Source: Candidatus Heimdallarchaeota archaeon (GTDB taxonomy: Archaea; Asgardarchaeota; Heimdallarchaeia; JABLTI01). From it: a stretch of DNA of 64,000 nt. The stretch is from the NCBI GenBank assembly GCA_018238155.1, contig JABCTZ010000036.1, positions 96,001 through 160,000 on the forward strand, read 5' to 3'. Positions within the stretch are counted from its first letter, which is position 1, and every line of letters begins with the position of its first letter. Positions 31,164-40,083 of this stretch are shown here, piece by piece. The position numbers were made by a program, and so were the translations under genes. The notes beneath the pieces are model-generated. The model saw nothing but the letters and a program-made list of their open reading frames with translations, had not been told where the DNA came from and ran no database searches.

Positions 31164-31261
31164 AGGTCTTAGTTTTATGTGTATTATTATTACTAATACT
31201 AGTAACAGTTGTTATTGTAAGTGTTGTTAATAAGAAGAAAAAAGCAATACCAACACGATAA
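31160..31261 (+). CDS. Putative 33-aa single-pass membrane microprotein (MKVLVLCVLLLLILVTVVIVSVVNKKKKAIPTR)
   Basis: Manual translation; ATG overlaps the kinase TGA (ATGA); 21 uncharged, mostly aliphatic residues followed by NKKKK. Confidence 0.5.
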   Translation: MKVLVLCVLLLLILVTVVIVSVVNKKKKAIPTR

Positions 31262-31347
31262 AAATAAGAGGTGTTCAATTAATGTCTCATGAAATATTTT
31301 TTAAAATTCCATTCATTTTTTTTCTCTGTTTTTGAATTTACTTATTC

Positions 31348-32193
31348 TTATTTGGTAATCCAAGTTGCAATATATTTGTAGTTCTTTGGTTGTGGAACTA
31401 TTTGAGGATTTTTTACCACCCATTTTCCATCTAGTTGCTTTTCTTTTGCTGTTAATTCGAAATGAGACATCGCTATTCCAATATCAATAAATCTCATAGA
31501 TTTGTAAATTTCTAAACTATACTTTGATTGAGTTTTTAGATAGAAATGAAGAAGATCATTTATTTTTACAACTCTCCATGGTTGATCATTTCTTGCTGAT
31601 GGTGCTAGTCTCAGCATTTCAAGAGGAAGAGCAAATGGGGCTGATTTTTCTACTGTTAATGGTTTAGTGAATTGGTCGATAAAAAATAGGTCAACCCACT
31701 TTTTTCTTTTTCGAGCCTTAATCCACCAAGAAATAATTTTATCAACATTGCGTTTGTTTCGAGCTATTTTTCCAATAGGACTAATTGCAGGAATTATATC
31801 ATTATCTTCTAAGTCAACTAAATTTGAGAATGTTTTAGTATTAAAAGCACTACCAAGCCATACAGTACCATAATCCAATTCAGTTGCTTTTAGTATTATC
31901 TTTTCCATTAAATAACCGAAATCTGTAAAGTTAATCGATTTTTTATTCATAATCCCTACAATGAAATATCGTGCTCCGGAAATCATGCCATAAGTACCAA
32001 TCTTTAATTTCTCTTCTGTTTTCCCAGTATCTACAAGAATGAATTTTACTCTATTATTGAAGGGTCCTTTCTCTGTTAATTGTAGAAAGTCATTTATCTT
32101 TCCTATTGAGTTCTCATCCAATTTCTCATTTATATAGGTTCTACAAGAATATCGTTTGCGTATAATCTCTTCAATAGGTTTCTTAAAATCCAT
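31348..32193 (-). CDS. Nitroreductase family protein
   Basis: IRKRYSCRTY, GYLMEKIIL.AT...GTVWLG, RLAPSARNDQPW, IDIGIAMSHF. Confidence 0.9.
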   Translation of the reverse strand: MDFKKPIEEIIRKRYSCRTYINEKLDENSIGKINDFLQLTEKGPFNNRVKFILVDTGKTEEKLKIGTYGMISGARYFIVGIMNKKSINFTDFGYLMEKIILKATELDYGTVWLGSAFNTKTFSNLVDLEDNDIIPAISPIGKIARNKRNVDKIISWWIKARKRKKWVDLFFIDQFTKPLTVEKSAPFALPLEMLRLAPSARNDQPWRVVKINDLLHFYLKTQSKYSLEIYKSMRFIDIGIAMSHFELTAKEKQLDGKWVVKNPQIVPQPKNYKYIATWITK

Positions 32194-32249
32194 TGGTCAT
32201 CCAACGAGTAAAAAAAAGAAAAATTGATAGATAAATTTTTTCACTTGAT

Positions 32250-32906
32250 TTAATCTTCTTTGAGATCATCTTTTATGTCATCTATGTGATGAAACAGTTG
32301 GCGTCTTATTGCATCCTTTTTCTTTTCAGGGAAGAGTTGCCCTTCTTGATGTGGTGCTGGAGTAATTGTTGGTTTGGGTATTTGATTTGATACTATAATT
32401 GTCTTAACACTCATGATAAGCAAACATGGAAAACTAATCGCTGAAACATAGAATCCAATATATAATTTCATAAAAGGATCTGCAGTTTGTTTGCTAAAAA
32501 ATAACCCGAAGAAGATAGTTGCGAGAATACCTGCTATAGCTCCAATTGTTAATAATGAAGCAAAAACCCTTTGTAAAGTAAAACTCTGCCTCTTGTTTCT
32601 GCCTACAAAGAAAACAGATGCTAATGGAAAAATTATTGCTATGACAAACAAGAATATAATTGCCACAGAGTAACCATCATTTAAATCATAGAAACCACCA
32701 AAGTTTTCGTATTCGTTCTCAGGAATACGATCATATTGAGCCCATGTCCCAAAAGACCAAGTAGATCTATGCCATGTGACGTTGCCATCATCCCAAATGC
32801 TATGGGTGAATGGAACACCACATAAACAAATACTGGTGAAAATTATTATTGAAAGCATTATTATTATGTATGTTTTGTCTTTTGTTTTGTCTTTAGAAAT
32901 TGTCAA
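32250..32906 (-). CDS. 4-TM membrane protein (claudin/PMP22-like topology)
   Basis: TM1, ~45-aa Trp-rich loop, TM2, short basic loop, TM3, short loop ending YIGFY, TM4, soluble tail. Confidence 0.6.
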   Translation of the reverse strand: MTISKDKTKDKTYIIIMLSIIIFTSICLCGVPFTHSIWDDGNVTWHRSTWSFGTWAQYDRIPENEYENFGGFYDLNDGYSVAIIFLFVIAIIFPLASVFFVGRNKRQSFTLQRVFASLLTIGAIAGILATIFFGLFFSKQTADPFMKLYIGFYVSAISFPCLLIMSVKTIIVSNQIPKPTITPAPHQEGQLFPEKKKDAIRRQLFHHIDDIKDDLKED

Positions 32907-32968
32907 TTTTAGAATTACCTCTAATTCAAATAAATATTCTTGAATTGCATTTAATAATATAACTGAAT

Positions 32969-33019
32969 AAAAAAAAGGTTATGTGAGAGGGATTATGTTG
33001 TATTTCATACAACCTCTCA
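32969..33019 (-). terminator. Hairpin plus U-tract after the ABC operon
   Basis: TGAGAG..GTTGTAT-TTC-ATACAAC-CTCTCA; the A-run at 32969-32976 reads as a U-tract on the minus strand. Confidence 0.5.
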
Positions 33020-33050
33020 ATTATACTCAATAATGAGATAGAGTGAATCA

Positions 33051-33776
33051 TTAAGGAATGTGGATTCCACCATCTCGCATATTCAAAACAAGATCTACTT
33101 TATCCATAATCATTAGATCGTGGGTGACAATAACAACTGTTATACCAAGTGATTTGTTCAATTCTCGTAGTAATTTGATGATATCCTCACCAGTTGTTGT
33201 GTCTAGGTTTCCTGTTGGTTCGTCCGCAAAGATAATTTTAGGTGATTGGATCAATGCTCGAGCAATAGCAACTCGTTGTTTTTCTCCACCACTCAATTCC
33301 TTTGGACGGTGTTTTGCTCGATTTCCAAGACCTACTTGTTCAAGTATTTCTTGAGCACGTGCACGATCTTCTTTTTTAATGCCGCTTGGAATTAGTGGTA
33401 ACAAGACATTATCAATAGCTGATAACGTTGGGATGAGCAAGAAATCTTGGAAAACAAAACCGATTTTTGTTTTACGAATATCTGCCAAATCCTTCTCAGA
33501 GAGAGATGTAACTTCTATATCATCAAGTAATACACGACCACTGGTAGTACTATCCATGCAACCAAGGATATTGAGTAAAGTACTCTTACCAGAGCCACTT
33601 GGTCCTGCTATAGCAATGAAGCTACACTTTTTAATACCAAAAGATACATTTTTGAGAGCTATTACTTCTGAAGGTAACCCTTCATAGTAGATTTTTGTTA
33701 AATTGTACGTTTTAATGATGTATTCATCACTAAATTCATGATCAGTTATTTGTTGGTCTGGAATATAATCAACCAT
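33051..33776 (-). CDS. ABC transporter ATP-binding protein (LolD/MacB-like)
   Basis: GPSGSGKST, IGFVFQ, LSGGEKQRVAIARAL, FADEPTGNLD, VTHD. Confidence 0.95.
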   Translation of the reverse strand: MVDYIPDQQITDHEFSDEYIIKTYNLTKIYYEGLPSEVIALKNVSFGIKKCSFIAIAGPSGSGKSTLLNILGCMDSTTSGRVLLDDIEVTSLSEKDLADIRKTKIGFVFQDFLLIPTLSAIDNVLLPLIPSGIKKEDRARAQEILEQVGLGNRAKHRPKELSGGEKQRVAIARALIQSPKIIFADEPTGNLDTTTGEDIIKLLRELNKSLGITVVIVTHDLMIMDKVDLVLNMRDGGIHIP

Positions 33777-33788
33777 TTTTTTTCCTCC

Positions 33789-35021
33789 TTAAAGTGATCT
33801 AATGACTTCCATTGGTTTTACTCTGGCAGCTTTGATACCAGGTATTAATCCTGCAACCATTCCAAGACCTAAACCGAAACAAAGAACTTGTACAACAATT
33901 TGCCAAGTAATAATCATGAACGTTTGAGAGGCACCCATTTGTACAAGAGTAAGTAACCCAGCACCTAATCCAAAGCCTACAATTGAACCTAATAATCCAA
34001 TAATAATCGATTCAAGAACAATATCGAAGAGTATTGTTCTATTCTTCCATCCAGTAGCTTTCATTATTGCGAATTCTTTCATTCGTTCGGTTACACCCAT
34101 TAATTGAGCAACAACAATTGCCATTCCACCTGCAACAATAACAATAATAATCAGAATATTTTGCATAATGGCAAAATTCTTCAATAAATCGCTTACAGAT
34201 TCCAAATGTTCTCCCGTAATACTTACTTCCAATTTTGGTTCTAGCAACTTCAACTGTTCACCATATTTCTTTGTTTGATTTACACTATCTGAATCAAAAC
34301 GAATGCTTACGTAATTGTAACCAGTTTGTTCATATGGTAAATACAAACTGTTTAATGCAAGTCCAGTAGCAACTGACATTTGTATATTTGTACTCATCAT
34401 TGTCGTTGGGTCATCTTCATCCGTCTCAAAGATACCTACAGTAGTTAAATTAACTGAGTAAGAAAAATTTGTCATGAATTTCACCTCTTTTCCTACTGCA
34501 AATAATCCATCTGATCCTTTAGCAATATAATCTGCTACAATAATTTCGAAGTTATTTTCGTAATTTTTTCCATCTACAATCTTTGTTGATGGACCTTCAA
34601 ATTGCGCATCATCTACTATAGCTATTCCTGCTACATTTATTGGAACAAAAGGCATTGAAGGACCAAATCCACCCTGCTCTATAGTGATATTTGGCATGAA
34701 TTGTTCAAAACCTAAAACGTAAATTTCTGGACTAATTGCCTCAATCATATCACTATCTTCTATTGTCATAATAATATCTGTAATATTGGTTGGTAATTGT
34801 GAAATCGTTATCTCTTTACCATATTCAGAAACTTGTATATCCCCAAGCGTTTCTGCAATAGTATCATCTAATAGATTATCAAATCCTGCTGAAGCTGATG
34901 ATAATACAACCATTAATGCTATTCCAATCGCAATTCCTGTAATAGATAAACCTGCTATTAGTTTCTTGCGAAAAGCGTTCTTCAATGCAAACCGGATTGT
35001 CTGGAAACTCATTTTTGCCAC
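33789..35021 (-). CDS. ABC transporter permease (MacB/FtsX family)
   Basis: TM1, large extracellular domain, then 3 TMs; ERMKEFAIMKATGW, IPGIKAARVKP. Confidence 0.9.
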   Translation of the reverse strand: MAKMSFQTIRFALKNAFRKKLIAGLSITGIAIGIALMVVLSSASAGFDNLLDDTIAETLGDIQVSEYGKEITISQLPTNITDIIMTIEDSDMIEAISPEIYVLGFEQFMPNITIEQGGFGPSMPFVPINVAGIAIVDDAQFEGPSTKIVDGKNYENNFEIIVADYIAKGSDGLFAVGKEVKFMTNFSYSVNLTTVGIFETDEDDPTTMMSTNIQMSVATGLALNSLYLPYEQTGYNYVSIRFDSDSVNQTKKYGEQLKLLEPKLEVSITGEHLESVSDLLKNFAIMQNILIIIVIVAGGMAIVVAQLMGVTERMKEFAIMKATGWKNRTILFDIVLESIIIGLLGSIVGFGLGAGLLTLVQMGASQTFMIITWQIVVQVLCFGLGLGMVAGLIPGIKAARVKPMEVIRSL

Positions 35022-35082
35022 CTAAATTCCTGTAAATAATCATCTTTATAATGTGTCAATTTTGTTGTGGTTTACTTATAAA

Positions 35083-35106
35083 TTTGTTCACACTAGTGTA
35101 AACAAA
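35083..35106. promoter_or_regulatory. Candidate TetR operator
   Basis: 24-bp palindrome TTTGTTCACACT|AGTGTAAACAAA (1 mismatch) between the divergent ABC permease and TetR genes. Confidence 0.7.
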
Positions 35107-35153
35107 CAGCAATCTTTATATTAACCTTAATAAATACACTTAGAAGAACAATA

Positions 35154-35849
35154 ATGTCGGAAGACGGATCAAAATTAAAGAAAGAACAAAGGCAAGAATC
35201 GATATTAGATACAGCTTTGGAGTTAATGTGTACAAAAGGTATCAATGGTACTACTATGAGAGGAATTGCCAAAGCTGAAGGAATTTCTGAGACATTACTA
35301 TATCGTTTTTTCAAAAACAAAAACGAATTATTGTTTGCACTATTTGAAGCGAAAATCGTTAATATTGCTTATACAATACAAGAACTAATTGAAACAACTA
35401 AAGGGATGATACCTGATCCTGTGGAAACTCTTCCACTTATCTCTAAATTAGTTCAAAAAAGAATTGATAAAAATCATAAAATCTTTAATTTGATTCTCAA
35501 AGAACGAAAGGCTTTGAGAGCAATCATTGAGAAAGAAGGTGGATTTCAAATGATTTTTAAAGATAAAATCAAGACTCATACATTTATGGGTTTAATGAAA
35601 GATATTGCTAATAATAAAAGCTTAACGAATTATTTTCAAAGGTGTAAGGATGCAGGAAATCTAAGAGATGATTTAGAACCAGTGCATTGTGCAAATCTAT
35701 TTATTAAGATACTTTGGCCAACACCTATTTTTGATAATAATTTTACTCAACCAATTAATCCAATGTTACCAGATGCTCATAGCCAAAAAGCATTTGAAAC
35801 AAATATGAAAATTCTAATGTATGGTCTTGCGCCTGACAAAAAACATTGA
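35154..35849 (+). CDS. TetR/AcrR family transcriptional regulator
   Basis: ILDTALELM..KG..GTTMRGIAKAEGISETLLYRFFKNKNELL. Confidence 0.92.
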   Translation: MSEDGSKLKKEQRQESILDTALELMCTKGINGTTMRGIAKAEGISETLLYRFFKNKNELLFALFEAKIVNIAYTIQELIETTKGMIPDPVETLPLISKLVQKRIDKNHKIFNLILKERKALRAIIEKEGGFQMIFKDKIKTHTFMGLMKDIANNKSLTNYFQRCKDAGNLRDDLEPVHCANLFIKILWPTPIFDNNFTQPINPMLPDAHSQKAFETNMKILMYGLAPDKKH

Positions 35850-35932
35850 ATCCATTAAGGCTATTTTTTTATGGTTCAAAAAGAATTCTTTAATTATAAT
35901 GACAACCTTGTTAGATTAAACAACTCAAACAA

Positions 35933-36664
35933 TTGATTAGGGTGTTATTTCCTATGAGTGAAACAGCTAAGAAATTACTTTTACAGCTAAAGAAAGCAAA
36001 AAAAGTTAACAAACAAATTGATTTAGTACAACAATTGAAAGATTATAATCAAGAGGAAATGGTTAATCATGTTTTATTGATTCACCTTAATCGAAAAGAT
36101 CACGATTCCCTTCGACTTGAAATTTTAGCATCATTAAATTTTGATGATGAAAAAATTATTCGTCCTCTTACAGAAATAATTGGTGATTCATATGAATCAA
36201 TCGCGATAAAAGAAAAAGCTATTACACTTTTAGGAGAGAATAAAAGTAAAAACGCTATGAAGTCTTTAATGAAAATTTATCGGAAAGCAAAAGATCCGAA
36301 AATTCTTGATAATCTAGCTTTAGCTTTAACCTTTTTTGAAGATGTAAGTGTAATTAAACCTCTCATAAAAGCGTTACACCATGAAGAATTACGATTACCT
36401 GCTTTAACTGGTTTAGCTCGAAATGAATCTACCGTCTTTCGTTCAAAAGATTTGATGAAAGCACTTGCAAAATTAGAAATAACTAAACAATTCGAGCTGT
36501 TACACTATGACAAGATCATTGAAAATATTCTCGAAAAATTCAAACTGGCAAACAAAGAAGATCTTCTTCTAGCCCTTAATACGAAAAAGATGGATCAAGC
36601 TATCAATAACTATCGAAAGGAACAAGCAGAAATAGCTAAAATGCTGAAAAAGGTAAAGATGTAA
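35933..36664 (+). CDS. HEAT-repeat-like helical protein; probable start 35954
   Basis: IRPL....., IKEKAITLLGE, VIKPLIKAL repeats. Confidence 0.65.
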   Translation: MIRVLFPMSETAKKLLLQLKKAKKVNKQIDLVQQLKDYNQEEMVNHVLLIHLNRKDHDSLRLEILASLNFDDEKIIRPLTEIIGDSYESIAIKEKAITLLGENKSKNAMKSLMKIYRKAKDPKILDNLALALTFFEDVSVIKPLIKALHHEELRLPALTGLARNESTVFRSKDLMKALAKLEITKQFELLHYDKIIENILEKFKLANKEDLLLALNTKKMDQAINNYRKEQAEIAKMLKKVKM

Positions 36665-36998
36665 GAATCTTTTTCATTTATTTCTCATTCTTTTTATTTT
36701 GTTAATATTTTGCTTACATCAATAGTTTTAAATAGTTTAAACGTTCAATATGTTTTTAATGATTAAGCTCTCTCAAGAGAATAATCAGATTTGGTGTAAA
36801 ATGGATAGAATGATGCAAAACACCCATAACTCAAATATTGCCCTTCCCGATACAATATTTAACCTTGCATCCTATTTCCATTTTCCTTCAAGATAACTTT
36901 ATTCATCCTTCCCAAGCCAATTCGGGGAAAAAACCGCGTTGGCTATCAATTCTCTTCTCTCTGAAAGTAATCTGAAAAAAATAGCTTTAAAGTATCTA

Positions 36999-37562
36999 TT
37001 ATGCTTCCCCTAATTTTTCTGTGGAATTCATTAATCCTGCAATATTTGAGGGAGTAAAAAATCCATCAAAATCACCAAATCTTTGAATGTATTCAATGAT
37101 ATGATTTGAGGTTTTTGTAGGCAATGTGAAGATTTGTTTTATTCCTTCGTCTTCACTTCCAATGATCTTATCAGTAGTAAATTTTATACCTCGTGCTTTT
37201 TGTATTTCAACAACTTTTTCGATATTAGTTACCTCATAAGCAAGGTGATGCACTCGCGTGCCATATTTCTGGCAATATTTCTCAACTACAGAGTCTTCAC
37301 TTAAACCTTCACTGATAACAATAATTGGCAATGTATCAAATAATTTCAATGTAGTAGTAATAGCATTTGAATGAACAACTTTGAAGCTCTTGAACAACCG
37401 ATAAGGCAAAGCATTGCTTAGCTCCTCCATTAACTTCACACGTTCACCTATTTTTGCTCGATATGCAATATGATCTAATTTGATAATGAGATCATCAATA
37501 CCGGATTCTTTGCGATCTTTCTCATTTTTCTTAAATTCTTCTAACATTTTTTGCAACACCAA
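36999..37562 (-). CDS. VOC-family metalloenzyme resembling the catalytic C-terminal domain of 4-hydroxyphenylpyruvate dioxygenase
   Basis: LDHIAY, VHHLAYEV, IKQIFT, IEYIQR, GFF..SNIAGL. Confidence 0.75.
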   Translation of the reverse strand: MVLQKMLEEFKKNEKDRKESGIDDLIIKLDHIAYRAKIGERVKLMEELSNALPYRLFKSFKVVHSNAITTTLKLFDTLPIIVISEGLSEDSVVEKYCQKYGTRVHHLAYEVTNIEKVVEIQKARGIKFTTDKIIGSEDEGIKQIFTLPTKTSNHIIEYIQRFGDFDGFFTPSNIAGLMNSTEKLGEA

Positions 37563-37672
37563 ATAGAGATATATCTCTAACTCAATTTAAAATGCGTTGA
37601 AGTAAATATTAAAACCATCGTTATAAAAAGTAAAGATGGTCCTTTGAGGAAAGACCATTAGTAAATGCTTCA

Positions 37673-39106
37673 TTATTCTTTTGCAGATTCTATCCATTCT
37701 CCAACTTCTTCTAAATTAGGAATCAAGTTGCTTCTTTTCAGAAATTTTTTCACATGTTTATCTTTGATAGCGACTTGCACTGTTTTCCAAAGTTTACTTT
37801 GTTTCTGTTTCTTAAGATCTGCTTTGGTACGAATGCCTGCACTATAGAGAATCACCACATCATGCACACGTAATCTCCAAATTTCAAGCATTAGATTAGT
37901 TTCGATAATCATTCGTGAAATATCTTCGACTTTGAGCTGATTATAATTTAGTTTCTCCTGTAGCAGATTGACTATTTCATCTGGAGTTGTAACCAATAAA
38001 TCCAGCACTTTGTTGATTCCTATCTTTTTAAATTTGTCAGCAATTGCTTTTGTCATTTCAGCAACGTCACTGATATCTGAATTCAAAGTGATAGCTGGAG
38101 TGAATCTGGATTTTTTAGGGAATTTTAATTTTGGTTTAGCTTCAATAATTACTACTTTTTTCTCTGTCTTCAATGGGATTGCTTTAAGAGACTTTGGTAA
38201 ATTGACGGGTTTAATTTTTCCATCTTGGAGAACTTGCAAATAATATCTATCATCTTGCAAGAGAGAATTTTGTACTCTTTTTGTTTTGTAAAATTCATTT
38301 TTCATTTGTTTTGTTGTTCTCTTGCGCATTTTCTTTTCTTGGTTTTGTCGATTTCTTTCTGCTTGTGCAGATAATTTTATTCTTGATTTCGTTGAACCAA
38401 GTTTAATTTTACCTGGATCAGGATTTCCTGCTTCAGCTATTGCTTTGAGATATAGTGAAGCTGTTCCTTGAATTGCCGAAGCAATTCTTTGAGAAATCTT
38501 TGTTTTTAAGACATCATTGTATCCTTTTCCCCAATTACATTTTTGACCTTGTTCAAGGTCATAATTTTCTATCACAAAAACATACGAGTTATTCGCTTCA
38601 TTTGCAGCTTTTATAACAAAATCTTTGATTTTATTTATTTGTTCTGGAGGATTAATTACCATGTCTTTTCGTAAATCTAAGTAAATTTCTGCCGCTCCCC
38701 ATTCTGTGAAAGAATGGATTAGTCCTTCTTCTTCTGTTTGACCAGTGTGTAATGGATGATTAATATCCGCAAAATAATGACTCATGACTCCTGCAGCATA
38801 AACAGCTTTCTCCCATTTTTTATTCTTTAATGCAGATACGGTTTTATTAAACCAATCATAAACCGCTTTTGGTGCCCCACCCCATTTTTCCGGCATATAT
38901 AAAACATGGTTTTTGTAATCTTTAAAAAATTCATCTGGTGCTGTTGATCCTTCCAAAAGCCTTTCATAATATTTTAGAAAAAGGTTAGCTATATTTTCTT
39001 CTAGAAATTTTACTGCTTCAATAGCAACTCGGTGATGAATACTTCGAGTAGTACGATTTTCAAAAATTAAGTTAAATATTTTCTCATCCATGTAATCACT
39101 ATCCAA
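37673..39106 (-). CDS. Zn-dependent phospholipase C/S1-P1-like domain fused to a DUF4332 (HhH-like) domain
   Basis: SIHHRVA, GSTAPD, KNHV, MSHYFADINHPLHT, IHSFTE; C-terminal ISDVAEMTKAIADKFKKIGI..V.DLL and LRVHDVVILYSAGI. Confidence 0.75.
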   Translation of the reverse strand: MDSDYMDEKIFNLIFENRTTRSIHHRVAIEAVKFLEENIANLFLKYYERLLEGSTAPDEFFKDYKNHVLYMPEKWGGAPKAVYDWFNKTVSALKNKKWEKAVYAAGVMSHYFADINHPLHTGQTEEEGLIHSFTEWGAAEIYLDLRKDMVINPPEQINKIKDFVIKAANEANNSYVFVIENYDLEQGQKCNWGKGYNDVLKTKISQRIASAIQGTASLYLKAIAEAGNPDPGKIKLGSTKSRIKLSAQAERNRQNQEKKMRKRTTKQMKNEFYKTKRVQNSLLQDDRYYLQVLQDGKIKPVNLPKSLKAIPLKTEKKVVIIEAKPKLKFPKKSRFTPAITLNSDISDVAEMTKAIADKFKKIGINKVLDLLVTTPDEIVNLLQEKLNYNQLKVEDISRMIIETNLMLEIWRLRVHDVVILYSAGIRTKADLKKQKQSKLWKTVQVAIKDKHVKKFLKRSNLIPNLEEVGEWIESAKE

Positions 39107-39319
39107 TGAATCTGCTAAGATAATTTTAAATCAATGCTATCCATTTTTGGTTATTTGCTAAAAGTATTTTCATTTAAGCTCTACAAATAGTGAAGAAGAA
39201 CCTCATGAAATTATAGAATTGGATTACAAGTAATCCTCAATTAGAAATCCTCTTATAGAAGTTTCTTTCAAAAATAACTATTAAAATCAAATGGTTTGTA
39301 ATAGGATGACTGCATAAAC

Positions 39320-39973
39320 GTGAAAAGAAAAGAATTAGTTATAATTGGAATATTGTTAACTTGCATAATTACTATACCAATAATTAATGTAAATGCCGTT
39401 GCTTACTGGCATGTTTTAGACGAAAAAAATGATGTTGTTCACTTTTATGATGAGGAATATCAAGACACAGGTGATTATCTCGATTCTGTAGATATTGTGA
39501 GTATTTCTATTGATGATGAAAATTTAATTTTGAAATTTGATGACAGACCTGCTAACAATATATTTCATGAGTATTCTTTTGATATTACTTGGGATAATGC
39601 TGCTTTCGGATGGGGAAATTCTACACAAGCCATCTATGGTGGAATTGGTAAATGGAATTCAATAACAACTCATATTACCCTTGAAAATGGGACACTAATT
39701 TATCAAAATACAACCTATCTAGAAATAATCATTTACAAAAATTCTATCATTTGTCCTATACCTGGATTTGAATATTTTGTTGATAAAGTTCCTGAGAATC
39801 TTTATGCTGTTGCAATGTACAGATCTAATGTGTCAACTCTAAATGGTGATCGTTACTATGACATTGCTAATGGGACAGTAATCTCTGGTCGTTTATCTGG
39901 CTTTTCAGCAATAATTGGTATAACCAGTCTCTTCTCAATTGTTCTATTATTTAACTATAGAAAGAAAAAATGA
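39320..39973 (+). CDS. Secreted/surface protein with C-terminal anchor
   Basis: Signal peptide, DxxxDV and DIVS motifs, C-terminal SGF-TM-RKKK. Confidence 0.65.
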   Translation: MKRKELVIIGILLTCIITIPIINVNAVAYWHVLDEKNDVVHFYDEEYQDTGDYLDSVDIVSISIDDENLILKFDDRPANNIFHEYSFDITWDNAAFGWGNSTQAIYGGIGKWNSITTHITLENGTLIYQNTTYLEIIIYKNSIICPIPGFEYFVDKVPENLYAVAMYRSNVSTLNGDRYYDIANGTVISGRLSGFSAIIGITSLFSIVLLFNYRKKK

Positions 39974-40083
39974 GCGAATGATTTTTCTCTTTTTAATTTT
40001 TCTTTTTTTCTCTACTGTTCATTTTTTAGTGCAGTAAAGCTCCCCAATGAAACCCAGTGATGATTGTTTTAGGCTTTCTAATT

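Noticed and set aside
37636-37660. GAGGAAAGACC resembling the RNase P RNA 5' conserved motif
   Set aside because: It is part of a short hairpin (ATGGTC...GACCAT) just past the stop of the minus-strand gene, with no room for and no 3' motif of RNase P RNA. More likely a terminator.
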